A DNA stretch of 37,822 nt, taken from positions 1 to 37,822 of the IMG/VR virus record IMGVR_UViG_3300035527_000247. The stretch is one strand, 5' to 3'. The stretch's first letter is position 1, and each line of letters opens with the position of its first letter. Under the pieces are notes generated by a model. The model saw nothing but the letters and a program-made list of their open reading frames with translations, searched no databases and was not told the origin of the DNA. Both the position numbers and the translations under genes were made by a program. Source of the stretch: a virus (Duplodnaviria; Caudoviricetes). Positions 8,299 to 17,212 of this stretch are shown here, one piece after another.

Positions 8299-10320
8299 TT
8301 ATATCACCGTAACCTTTGTTTCAGGTGAAAGCCTCTTGAACCGCTCTTCTACATTAATACGATCTTTGTCGTCCTTAAAACTTGCGTCTTTGAATACCAC
8401 TTTAAAAGGTTTCAAGCCCGCGATCTCATCGACGATCTTAAAATCAATATCATTGTCAAAACACGCCACAAGCGCGTTAGTCTGAACAATAAAAACCGTA
8501 TTTTTGCCAATTTTTTTTGTTTCAATAGGAAGAGAAAGCTCCAAGCCCAGATCAAGTAAAACTTGCGTAAGCAGGTCTTCAGGCGTGCGATCTTCTTTGA
8601 TATTACTTTCTAAAAACGCAAGCTGTTGCTGATCTAACGAAGCCGGATGATAAAACACATCCTTCATATTACTCGTGTCCGTTTTATAAACACGGAATCC
8701 GATATCGAGCTTGCTCGCATCAATCGGCTCCTGGCCCAACTCCAATTGCTGATTCTTTTTTTTAAGCTCATCGACTATTTTCTTGCCCGCACGACGAATA
8801 CGTTCTTTAGCTAATTCAGTTAAGTAATGAGGCTTAGAAATTTTATCTAAAAAAGAAATGCCATTTTCTATAATTTTTCTTTCAGATGAATCAGCTTTTT
8901 TAAGATTTACATCTAAGTCCTCCGGCAATTGAACTAATATAAAATTAATTTTTTTATTTTCTTGTATAACCAATTTAAATACAGCTTCAGCAGTTGTGCC
9001 AGATCCAGAGAAGAAATCTAAAACAATGTCATTCTCGTTTGTAATAAAATTAATGAGATGTTTAATAAGTGAGACTGGCTTTGGATAAGAAAATAAGTCT
9101 GCGCCCATTAATTCAGAAAGCTCACTAGTCGCATTTTCATTTGTCCCAACACTGTTTAATTTTTTATTTATTATGGGAGTTGTATATTTGTCTTTGATGA
9201 AATTAGTTGGTCTTTTATATCCCTCCTCTGACCTAATAAACCTTATCGATAAGATATCGGACTTAATTATAAACTTTGTCCCATTTTTTATTTCCTCATT
9301 TAAAAATTCCTGCGTCCATTTAAACTCACCCTTAAGCCTAAAATCCTTACTCGCATAACCATCACAAATTTTTATTTCATCTAATAATTCTACTCGATCC
9401 GGTTTCTTAGCAGAATATTTGCCATTCGGAAATTTAGACGGGTTAAAGAAAACTTTATCACATGGAAAAGTTAATATTCTTTCTGAGTTACCTGAATTTA
9501 ATAATGGTTGATCTCCCCCATCCAAAAGCTCACCTTTGTACTTAAATGGATTCCAGCTCTTTTCATAACAAAGAATATATTCGTTTGTTTTTCTTGACTT
9601 AGTAGATAATGCGGGAGGTGTAGATGTCTTTACCCAAGAAAATATTTCAATAAAATTATCTTCGCCAAAAATTTCATCCATAATAGTTTTTAAATTTGCA
9701 ACCTCTTCAACACCTATTGATACAAATATCGCTCCATTTTCGTTCAGTAAATCTCTTGCTACAACCAACCGCTCATACATCATACTCAGCCAATCCGAAT
9801 GAAACCGTCCGTTTGAATCTGTATTCCTGAACAGCTTACCGCCTTCTTCATCTTCCACGCCAAGCTCATCTTCATACTCATCCTTAGTCTTCTTGAAATC
9901 ATCTTTATAAATAAAGTCATTACCCGTGTTATACGGCGGATCAATGTAGATCATTTTGACTTTACCCAGATAACTTTCCTGCAAGATCTTTAAGACTTCA
10001 AAATTGTCGCCTTCGATATACAAGTTCTCTGTTGTGTCAAAATTAACGGATTCTCCACGACAAGGGCGAAGTGTTTGGGTGATAGGTGTATTGGCTTTAA
10101 GAAGAGCCGATTTTTTGCCCGGCCAGTCCAATCGATAACGTTCGCCCTCTCCCTCTACAATATCCTTGGATAACGCGGTTTTAAGCAAATCGAAATCCAC
10201 AGCTTTTTTAAGCGTTCCGTTTTCATCACGCGTTTCGGTGATCACATTAGGAAACAGCTCGGCGATTCGCTCAATATTCTTATCCGTTAAATCCGGTATC
10301 TGCATTTTCAATTTATCCAT
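8299..10320 (-). CDS. mod: Type III DNA methyltransferase Mod subunit (beta-class amino-methyltransferase)
   Basis: YIEGDN, MIYIDPPYNTG, HSDWLSMMYERL, FSYPKP and LDFFSGSGTT in beta-class order. Confidence 0.95.
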   Translation of the reverse strand: MDKLKMQIPDLTDKNIERIAELFPNVITETRDENGTLKKAVDFDLLKTALSKDIVEGEGERYRLDWPGKKSALLKANTPITQTLRPCRGESVNFDTTENLYIEGDNFEVLKILQESYLGKVKMIYIDPPYNTGNDFIYKDDFKKTKDEYEDELGVEDEEGGKLFRNTDSNGRFHSDWLSMMYERLVVARDLLNENGAIFVSIGVEEVANLKTIMDEIFGEDNFIEIFSWVKTSTPPALSTKSRKTNEYILCYEKSWNPFKYKGELLDGGDQPLLNSGNSERILTFPCDKVFFNPSKFPNGKYSAKKPDRVELLDEIKICDGYASKDFRLKGEFKWTQEFLNEEIKNGTKFIIKSDILSIRFIRSEEGYKRPTNFIKDKYTTPIINKKLNSVGTNENATSELSELMGADLFSYPKPVSLIKHLINFITNENDIVLDFFSGSGTTAEAVFKLVIQENKKINFILVQLPEDLDVNLKKADSSERKIIENGISFLDKISKPHYLTELAKERIRRAGKKIVDELKKKNQQLELGQEPIDASKLDIGFRVYKTDTSNMKDVFYHPASLDQQQLAFLESNIKEDRTPEDLLTQVLLDLGLELSLPIETKKIGKNTVFIVQTNALVACFDNDIDFKIVDEIAGLKPFKVVFKDASFKDDKDRINVEERFKRLSPETKVTVI

Positions 10321-10322
10321 TT

Positions 10323-10964
10323 TTATGACTCCTCTTTAATCTTGCGAAGCTGGTTCTTTCTCTCCAGCAATATTTTGTTCAGTTCAACTTTACGATTAAA
10401 CTGTTTTTCCTTTGATATCTTGTTCTCTAAAACTCCGATTTCATTTTCCAACGCCTTGATCTTGTTATCTGTATCGACAATCTCATGAAAACTGGCTTTT
10501 GTCCTCGCTTCATTTGTGATAAAAACCTTGATGACCTTTTGATAAACCTTCTCCAGATCGATCCCAGTAAAGTCAAATACCTTATCTTCGTTCCAGTCTG
10601 AAAAATAATAATTCTCCGGCTTCTGCCCTTTTAAAGTGACTGCGTAAGCCTCGCTATCTTTATAAACAAACCGATACAAAATTTGATACGGAATTGCCTT
10701 ATCAATAACCTTCAAAACATTTTTCGGAATAATCTGCTCTTTAAGCTCAATTTCAAATATCTGGATTTCAGTAACTTTATCTGTTTTGGCAATGCCGACT
10801 GTGCCTTCCGCCAACTTGTATTTCCATGTGATCTTTTGGATCTTATCAATAAATTCCTTTTGCAACTTGGCGCTTAAAGCCGCTTTTTCATAAAATTTAT
10901 TCTTTGCGATAAATTTATTAACAAAAGCCGCTTTGGGCAATTTAAAGCTGTCAATCGCCATCAC
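10323..10964 (-). CDS. DUF4391-like protein
   Basis: 213 aa with I..ITWKYKL, EIQIF, IDKAIPY and C-terminal KEKQFNRKVELN. Its position between an SNF2 helicase and Type III mod is typical of this family. Confidence 0.8.
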   Translation of the reverse strand: MMAIDSFKLPKAAFVNKFIAKNKFYEKAALSAKLQKEFIDKIQKITWKYKLAEGTVGIAKTDKVTEIQIFEIELKEQIIPKNVLKVIDKAIPYQILYRFVYKDSEAYAVTLKGQKPENYYFSDWNEDKVFDFTGIDLEKVYQKVIKVFITNEARTKASFHEIVDTDNKIKALENEIGVLENKISKEKQFNRKVELNKILLERKNQLRKIKEES

Positions 10965-13900
10965 TTGATCACCACAAAGGTCAAAAGCTCAAAATCCTCT
11001 AGACCTTTAATATTGTTCATGAGCGCGGTCGTTCCTCCGGGCGAAAACAGACTATCAACATCACTCTCATCTTTCACATGAAGAACAGACTCAATCGCTT
11101 TATTTAACAGCTGGGAATATTTTGTCATATTCTTTCCGTCATCGGTTTCCTCATTAAACAACTCGTAAACTTCTTGTATGGCTTCGCTGTTGCCTTTACA
11201 AATCGCGCGCAAAATATCCAGTGTTGTTTTTACATTCAAATGATTAGATAAAACATCTCCATTTGCTGTTATATAGACCAAATAAAACGGATGAAGCTGA
11301 TTGGTTTTATCAATATTGACCCCGGCATTGATATTCCTTAATACAAAAATAACGCCCGGCTCAATTCCGCGATCCATATCCTTCTTGCAAACTGCGTGCA
11401 TCCCGTTGGGAAGATTCGCCATACTGCCGTTTTCTTTGATGTAGTTGACCAAATCCATACGGAAATCATTCAAGCCCAAATCAGTTATGGAAACACCGGA
11501 TCCCATGTCCTCGATATCCACTACCTCTTCCTGCAGTTTTTCCAACTGCTTTTTCCGAAATAACAGATCCGATGATTTATTGGTCAACACGTTATCTTCG
11601 CCGGTTGCTGTCGCATCGACCATAAACATCTTGCTTTCAACCCGATTCTTCAAATTTATATAATCATCAAGGGATAATTGCGGCCAGAAGTTGATCAACT
11701 GAATATCTGTATTCCTTGAACCTATTCTATCAATACGCCCGAAGCGTTGAATGATACGCACCGGATTCCAATGGATATCGTAATTAATAAGCATGTCGCA
11801 ATCCTGCAGGTTCTGTCCTTCTGAAATACAATCCGTAGCGATCAACACATCAATCTGAGGCGCATCTTTATCCCTTCTCTCCTTTGAACGTGGAGAGAAA
11901 TTGATAAGAATATTATTAAAATTGTGATCCGCCGAGAGGGTTGTCTGGTTCTTATCAGAACCCGTTACTTTACCGGTTTCCAAATGAAGTGATTTATTGT
12001 AATTGGCAATATTCTCATACAAATAATTCACCGTATCCGCAAACGCGCTGAATATCAATATTTTACGGTTCCCAAGATTAATAGGATGCTCGAGTTTATT
12101 TTTTATAAAAGATTTTAAGTCCTGAAGCTTTTTATCATGTTCGGGTGTCACTCTTTGCATTTCAGCAAATATTGTTTTAGCGATCAAGAGATCTACTTGT
12201 AAATCCTGCTTCCATCCGGATGTGTTCATATCTTCTAAATTGACTTTGACTTTACCACCGACACTAAATTCATCACTGAGCCAGTCATCACTATCGGCAT
12301 CCAGATTGATATCATTAAATTGAGTTGCCTCAACTGATGATTGAACGCCTGTTTTTTCAAACTCTTCTATTTTCCCAATCGTATCCTCAATCTCTTTAAT
12401 GAACTTGCCGAGTGTGATCCGAAATGAATCGACAGAACTCTCTAACCTTTTCAAAAAATTAACCCGCATCAACGTTTGAAGGTTTTTCTCGCGGTGGATT
12501 TGCTGAAAGCTAACATTTTCTTTAATATTCGTGTCATAAATATCACTATAAAACTCTCGCTTTGTATCCAATATATATTCCGTCGGAGAATAAATAGACA
12601 TGGACAACTTTGAAAGCTCTTTGTAAAGCTCTGATATCTCCATAAATCCATTTAGATCGGCAATATCAGCGTGATGCGTGATCGGTTTTAATCTGTTAGG
12701 GAATTTCCCGATCTTATTGATATCGTAATACTTCTCAATATGTTTTCGACTTCGGGCTATTGTGACGCTGTCTAATAATTTAAAGAAATCAAAATTTGCA
12801 TTAAGACGTTTCAACAAATCTTGGCTGGTTCTTTCTTCCAATGGCAGTTTTGACCATTCATTAAATACCCTCTGCGCGTTGGTCAAAATAGTTTCAATCG
12901 ATTTATCCGCGTCCATCTTTCCGTCGGCAATGTTTGTCTCGCCCTCGCAAGCCAAAGCAATCTGATTTTTTAAATCAGTAAACCTGTTATTAACCGGCGT
13001 TGCCGAAAGCATAAGGACTTTCGTTTTAACACCTGCCTTCATAACATCATTGAGAAGCCTTTGATAGCGGGTTATCCTGTCTTTTCGAGGGTCATTGTTT
13101 CTGAAATTATGCGATTCATCTATAACGACAAGATCATAGTTCCCCCAATTGATCCTTGATAAATCTATTCCGTTAGATTCGCCACAGTCACGCGATAAAT
13201 CTGTATGATACAAAACATCGTAATTCAGGCGATCTTTGATCAGAGGATTGTCATCGTAATTATTTAAAAATGTCTGCCAATTATCCCCTAACCTTTTCGG
13301 ACAAAGAACAAGCACCGTGCGGTTTCTCTCCTGATAATATTTGATTACAGCCAACGCGGAAAAAGTTTTTCCAAGCCCGACGCTGTCGGCAAGAATACAT
13401 CCGTTATGACGTTCCAGCTTATTAATGATCCCCAAAGCGGCATCCTTCTGGAAGTCGTATAGCTTATTCCAGATGGCAGAATTCTTAAATCCAGTTTTCT
13501 CGTTGGCGAGTTCGTCTTCTGATATATCTTCTAAGAATTCATCAAAGATATTAAAGAGAGTTAAATAGTAGATAAATTCGGGAGAGTTTTCTTTATAGAG
13601 ATTCGCGATATATCCGACGACATCATCAGTCACATTCTTCAATACAGATTCATCATTCCATATCTCTTCAAAATTTTGAATGTACTGTTTTGTGGTTTCA
13701 AAATCATCGGTCTTGATAATTTGATGCAGAATCGAATTATTTTTCTCGTAACCAAACCCTGCACTACTGAATTCGTTTATCCCCATATAAACGTCTTTAT
13801 TCTCGCCGTTCATCAACGTAATATGCGGCTGAATATATTTATCGCCGACATTTGTTTTAAACGTTACTTTTTGTTCAATCCATTTTTTGCATTCCTTGGC

Positions 13901-14206
13901 GATCGCCTTGCCTTTTAGTTCATTCTTTAAATTGATCTCAAAGTCTGAACCACCGATAGACTTCTGCCTAAGATCTGCTCTGATTTGGAACTGTTTCTTT
14001 TCTCTTTTGTTTTTATCAACTTCAATAAAAGTGGGATCAGTGAAGATAAAATCTAATTTTTCAACTTTCTTTAGCTCATTTTTCAAACATTCAAACCCAT
14101 ATATCGTAAAGATACCAGCCGCGACCTGAAGCTTGCTTTCCTTCCCGATGCATTTCTTGAAATCATCGCCAACTTTTTCAGTTTTATTGTTAAAACTTTG
14201 AATCAT
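10961..14206 (-). CDS. SNF2-family helicase with an N-terminal degenerate PLD-like domain
   Basis: LADSVGLGKT, IDESHNFRN, LSATPVNN, SEGQNLQ, WNPVRIIQRFGRIDRIG. The N-terminal ~190 aa has a PLD-like layout. Confidence 0.9.
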   Translation of the reverse strand: MIQSFNNKTEKVGDDFKKCIGKESKLQVAAGIFTIYGFECLKNELKKVEKLDFIFTDPTFIEVDKNKREKKQFQIRADLRQKSIGGSDFEINLKNELKGKAIAKECKKWIEQKVTFKTNVGDKYIQPHITLMNGENKDVYMGINEFSSAGFGYEKNNSILHQIIKTDDFETTKQYIQNFEEIWNDESVLKNVTDDVVGYIANLYKENSPEFIYYLTLFNIFDEFLEDISEDELANEKTGFKNSAIWNKLYDFQKDAALGIINKLERHNGCILADSVGLGKTFSALAVIKYYQERNRTVLVLCPKRLGDNWQTFLNNYDDNPLIKDRLNYDVLYHTDLSRDCGESNGIDLSRINWGNYDLVVIDESHNFRNNDPRKDRITRYQRLLNDVMKAGVKTKVLMLSATPVNNRFTDLKNQIALACEGETNIADGKMDADKSIETILTNAQRVFNEWSKLPLEERTSQDLLKRLNANFDFFKLLDSVTIARSRKHIEKYYDINKIGKFPNRLKPITHHADIADLNGFMEISELYKELSKLSMSIYSPTEYILDTKREFYSDIYDTNIKENVSFQQIHREKNLQTLMRVNFLKRLESSVDSFRITLGKFIKEIEDTIGKIEEFEKTGVQSSVEATQFNDINLDADSDDWLSDEFSVGGKVKVNLEDMNTSGWKQDLQVDLLIAKTIFAEMQRVTPEHDKKLQDLKSFIKNKLEHPINLGNRKILIFSAFADTVNYLYENIANYNKSLHLETGKVTGSDKNQTTLSADHNFNNILINFSPRSKERRDKDAPQIDVLIATDCISEGQNLQDCDMLINYDIHWNPVRIIQRFGRIDRIGSRNTDIQLINFWPQLSLDDYINLKNRVESKMFMVDATATGEDNVLTNKSSDLLFRKKQLEKLQEEVVDIEDMGSGVSITDLGLNDFRMDLVNYIKENGSMANLPNGMHAVCKKDMDRGIEPGVIFVLRNINAGVNIDKTNQLHPFYLVYITANGDVLSNHLNVKTTLDILRAICKGNSEAIQEVYELFNEETDDGKNMTKYSQLLNKAIESVLHVKDESDVDSLFSPGGTTALMNNIKGLEDFELLTFVVIK

Positions 14207-14418
14207 TTATGCGATTGTCCTTTGTTTTTCTTGTTTCCGTGCGCAAAAGAATAAGACTTTGACCACTGATCTATATCATCTTTACGGAAACGCCACTGAC
14301 CGCCCGCACGAAAAGCCGGGATTTTACCATCCCTCGCCAAACGTCGGATCGTATATGGATGCAAACTTAAATAATTTGCTATCTCTTCTACAGTAAATGG
14401 TTTACCAAGTTCCGCCAT
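14203..14418 (-). CDS. Excisionase/MerR-like HTH (HTH_17) DNA-binding protein
   Basis: FTVEEIANYLSLHPYTIRRLARDGKIPAFRAGGQWRF. Start reassigned to ATG 14418 behind RBS AGGAGAGG; ATGA overlap with the helicase gene. Confidence 0.85.
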   Translation of the reverse strand: MAELGKPFTVEEIANYLSLHPYTIRRLARDGKIPAFRAGGQWRFRKDDIDQWSKSYSFAHGNKKNKGQSHK

Positions 14419-14429
14419 AGAACCTCTCC

Positions 14430-14475
14430 TGTTACATTTTAACACATATTCTAACACACCAAATTTAGTTATCAA
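14430..14475 (-). promoter_or_regulatory. Sigma70-like promoter of the defence operon with repeated TGTGTTA boxes
   Basis: Minus strand TTGATA (14475-14470), 16-nt spacer ending in TGT (extended -10), TAGAAT (14453-14448). TGTGTTA direct repeats at 14458-14452 and 14446-14440. Confidence 0.55.
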
Positions 14476-14476
14476 C

Positions 14477-14513
14477 AAAAAAACCTTCCCCAGCCATAAC
14501 GGCCAGCGAAGGT
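14477..14513 (-). terminator. Rho-independent terminator
   Basis: Minus strand ACCTTCGCTGGCC-GTTAT-GGCTGGGGAAGGT followed by a T-tract, just after the stop at 14535. Confidence 0.8.
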
Positions 14514-14534
14514 CTCCTTTTAATATATATATTA

Positions 14535-14846
14535 TTAATGTACGTTGAAATAGATGTTTACCAGCTCCGCGACAAACTTGTGCTTACCCCCGATATGCCA
14601 ATCTGTGTTGCGCTCCGGATCCAGATTTGATTTGTAATCATAAATCGTAAAGACAAGACCATTGATCCTGCCAACCCATTCAACCTTGATCTTATTGTCC
14701 AGCGAATTGCCTAACTGAGGCGCGCCGAAGACACGAACAATATCTTCATAACGTGTGCCTTCCGGCAGGTATCCCTGACAGCCGGTGCCGTCATGAGATA
14801 CCCCGCCCATTTCAACTTTCAATTCAATTTCAGCTTTGACTTTCAT
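14535..14846 (-). CDS. Phage hypothetical protein (FTIYDYK...WHIGG type)
   Basis: Start reassigned to MKVKAEIELK at 14846 (103 aa). Motifs YEDIVRVFGAP, VEW, FTIYDYK, WHIGG recall a small phage protein family of unknown function. Confidence 0.65.
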   Translation of the reverse strand: MKVKAEIELKVEMGGVSHDGTGCQGYLPEGTRYEDIVRVFGAPQLGNSLDNKIKVEWVGRINGLVFTIYDYKSNLDPERNTDWHIGGKHKFVAELVNIYFNVH

Positions 14847-15264
14847 TTTTTGCCTTCCCCTTTCCCCATCCAGACTTCCAACGGGCAACCGCACCAGCCA
14901 CAAGCGCATCGATCTCCTGCTGAGTGATCCCATCAGCCGTGACATGCATCAGTTCTTCCTTGTTTAAAACACGGAAATTCTTGATCCCGCGCTCCTTGGC
15001 GATCATCATCAGTGAATGACGTGATAGCTTGACTTCCGGATCGCCCTGATCAACAGGTGCGGTGTTCGCCATCTTTACAGCCTTGATCTTCTCGCTGATC
15101 GCATTAACCCCGCACTTTGACAAAGGCACCTTCTCGCCTGAAAGTTCGCTCATAACTTCCTGCCTGAATTTGCGATTAGCGGGTCCGGCAAGATGCCAAA
15201 CTTCCCGCTCGCAATCATGATCATTTAAACTCATCGCCTTTTCTATGAAATCCCTTACATTCAT
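14830..15264 (-). CDS. Hypothetical protein with a Rho-N/HeH-like motif
   Basis: LMMIAKERGIKNFRVLNKEEL resembles the Rho N-terminal helix-extension-helix. Start at MNVRD behind GGGAGAGG. Confidence 0.6.
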   Translation of the reverse strand: MNVRDFIEKAMSLNDHDCEREVWHLAGPANRKFRQEVMSELSGEKVPLSKCGVNAISEKIKAVKMANTAPVDQGDPEVKLSRHSLMMIAKERGIKNFRVLNKEELMHVTADGITQQEIDALVAGAVARWKSGWGKGKAKNESQS

Positions 15265-15275
15265 GACCTCTCCCT

Positions 15276-15542
15276 TCATAATACAGATTCTTGTAATTTA
15301 CCGGTCACGACATCCAGCATTTGAAAATGCGTCGTGCCTTTTTCTTTCCATTGTTGCTCAATCGTGATCGACCATTTACCCAACGGCATCACCCGCTGAA
15401 TTTCACGAAGGCGCAATTTGACGGCCGGGAGATGATCCCGCATCCGCCCTGTCGTCGAAATGTTTTCAACGTACATTTCCTCACCGTCATTTCTGACGCT
15501 GATATACCGCTCTTTTTTTGCTGTCATGTTTTCACGAACCAT
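15276..15542 (-). CDS. Hypothetical protein
   Basis: Strong RBS AAAAGGAGGG before ATG 15542 (MVRENM); 88 aa. Confidence 0.65.
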   Translation of the reverse strand: MVRENMTAKKERYISVRNDGEEMYVENISTTGRMRDHLPAVKLRLREIQRVMPLGKWSITIEQQWKEKGTTHFQMLDVVTGKLQESVL

Positions 15543-15603
15543 ATTCAACCCTCCTTTTGAGGGTAAGTAGGCCATAGGGTTTCATAGTTGGCAAGGCGTT
15601 TGT

Positions 15604-15849
15604 TCAGGCTTTCTTAATCAACGCTTTGACCGCCAACGGCACGTCTTTCGCTTCTTTGACGATCACATCCACCTCGTCTTTGGTGAGCTTTTTATCGGCA
15701 AAAGCCACGACGATTGCGTTGAGCAATTCGCTGATCTCTTTAAGTACGTTGAGCGCCTTTGAAAGCACCAACCAAACAGCCCCGATCCCCACAACCGCTG
15801 TGATGATTTGAGGAATATTCCCCGTGAGATAATCCATAATGATTTCCAT
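15604..15849 (-). CDS. Holin-like small membrane protein
   Basis: 81 aa with hydrophobic helix IITAVVGIGAVWLVL and a charged C-terminus; last gene of the late cluster. Confidence 0.5.
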   Translation of the reverse strand: MEIIMDYLTGNIPQIITAVVGIGAVWLVLSKALNVLKEISELLNAIVVAFADKKLTKDEVDVIVKEAKDVPLAVKALIKKA

Positions 15850-15863
15850 TTTCTTTCCCTCCC

Positions 15864-16133
15864 TTAGTCTAAATTGTTAAACTTTTGAACCAACCTTCTG
15901 TACCTGCCTTCGAGCCGAATAAAACTTTTATGATCCGCAAGCCCCTGCTCATGCGCAATTTTGAGCATATCCTCAACGACAACAAAGATGCCCTCCGCCA
16001 CATCCGTTGCCTGCTTGATACGTTTGATCCTCTTAAGCGCATAACGCTTCTGCTTTTGATCAGCGTTATTCCATTCCCGAAGGAATCCAAAAACTTCTTT
16101 AACGGCATCAACGATTTTGTTCGGCTCAATCAT
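15864..16133 (-). CDS. Hypothetical helical protein
   Basis: 89 aa, tightly packed in the operon, RBS GGAG. Confidence 0.6.
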   Translation of the reverse strand: MIEPNKIVDAVKEVFGFLREWNNADQKQKRYALKRIKRIKQATDVAEGIFVVVEDMLKIAHEQGLADHKSFIRLEGRYRRLVQKFNNLD

Positions 16134-16135
16134 AG

Positions 16136-16342
16136 CTACTCCAGGATTACCTGTTTGCTTTTTTCTATCTCAACAAGATCCTCATCAACATAAGTCAACT
16201 GCCTTTCAATATTCGCTTTCTGGTTAAGCAGATGTTGCTTGAAAGCAGTGACTTCATCTTTTATGATTTCCTTCTTTTTTCCGTCCGGAAAAGTTACGAT
16301 CTTTTTCCCATTCTTATATTTTTTTACTATTTGATTTGCCAT
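16136..16342 (-). CDS. Hypothetical protein (basic N-terminus, coiled-coil C-terminus)
   Basis: Start reassigned to MANQ at 16342 behind AAGGAGG; 68 aa. Confidence 0.65.
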   Translation of the reverse strand: MANQIVKKYKNGKKIVTFPDGKKKEIIKDEVTAFKQHLLNQKANIERQLTYVDEDLVEIEKSKQVILE

Positions 16343-16355
16343 CTCACGCCTCCTT

Positions 16356-16907
16356 TTATGATTGACCGCCACGGACAGGACGAACATAACACTGATCACC
16401 CCAGATTATTCCGTATGTAGTTAAATAACCATCATAGGCGTACACCGCCCAAGCCCCGTCACTCCACGGAGCACAGATAGTCGATGACCACCAAACACCC
16501 CACTGGTCTGGACACGGAGCGAAATACGACGTATCTAAAGCGGGATCGTATCTTCCGTAATCATTAATTGATGCTATTTCAAAAACATTCGGCAAACGCC
16601 AATCGCTATAACCCGCATAGTTCAAGTTTTCGCACGCATCGAGAGCGTTATACCATTGCATTGGAGATCCCAAACCGGCGGCCGCTGGATCTTTAACCCA
16701 AATCAACCCGGTAGCCATATCTGTCACGGTTCCGTTACCGTTATCAACAAATCTTTGACCCCAGTTAATTGGGTGACCGATTTGGTAATAACCGTCATCA
16801 TACGGATACCACGACATATACTGACCGGTCTTCGGCAATCCGCCATCGGTCTGTATTTCCGTGACCCTGTTTACAATCCTGCTTGATTTTTTATGATTAA
16901 GATGCAT
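16356..16907 (-). CDS. DUF1566 / Lcl C-type-lectin-like domain protein
   Basis: LPKTGQ, RFVDNGNGTVTDMATGLIW, GYSDWRLPN..E, WWSST...AW.V...G...YVRPVRGG. Confidence 0.9.
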   Translation of the reverse strand: MHLNHKKSSRIVNRVTEIQTDGGLPKTGQYMSWYPYDDGYYQIGHPINWGQRFVDNGNGTVTDMATGLIWVKDPAAAGLGSPMQWYNALDACENLNYAGYSDWRLPNVFEIASINDYGRYDPALDTSYFAPCPDQWGVWWSSTICAPWSDGAWAVYAYDGYLTTYGIIWGDQCYVRPVRGGQS

Positions 16908-16919
16908 TTTTTAGCCTCC

Positions 16920-17210
16920 TTAGTCTTCATACGTGACCGTTAATTTACCGTCGTCATTCCCAGCCCGAACAACCCTGAAATCCTTTATGTGATAAATGGA
17001 CGGAAGCTCAACAATATCGCCGTCCTCAAGTAACGTCCCTGATGACTGCGATGGGTTTTGACCATTTACGAAATACCTCATGGGTCCGTCCTCGGCATGG
17101 ATAATGGCAAACACCGCTGGCGCCCCTTCCGCGGGGTTATATATCGCCGGGGTTAACTGCTTCACTGCGGTACTGACAATTATTTCTTCATGTGCTAATA
17201 CTTTTGACAT
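16920..17210 (-). CDS. Small beta-rich phage protein, possibly structural
   Basis: RBS AAGGAGG before ATG 17210; MRYFVNGQNPSQSSGTLLEDGDIVEL suggests a beta-sandwich. Confidence 0.6.
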   Translation of the reverse strand: MSKVLAHEEIIVSTAVKQLTPAIYNPAEGAPAVFAIIHAEDGPMRYFVNGQNPSQSSGTLLEDGDIVELPSIYHIKDFRVVRAGNDDGKLTVTYED

Positions 17211-17212
17211 TT

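Noticed and set aside
10961-14206. DISARM or BREX system
   Set aside because: No DrmA/DrmB-, PglZ- or BrxC-like genes; the neighbours are clearly Type III mod and res.
14203-14418. HTH gene as the prophage excisionase marking an att site
   Set aside because: No integrase is adjacent; it overlaps the helicase start and heads the defence operon, so a regulator is more likely.
15543-15603. Sigma70 promoter for the three-gene cassette
   Set aside because: TTGCCA is present on the minus strand but no convincing -10 box lies at 16-18 nt spacing.
16356-16520. Complete diversity-generating retroelement targeting the DUF1566 gene
   Set aside because: No reverse transcriptase, no template-repeat copy and no obvious downstream hairpin in the window; codons are not dominated by AAY-derived NNY forms.
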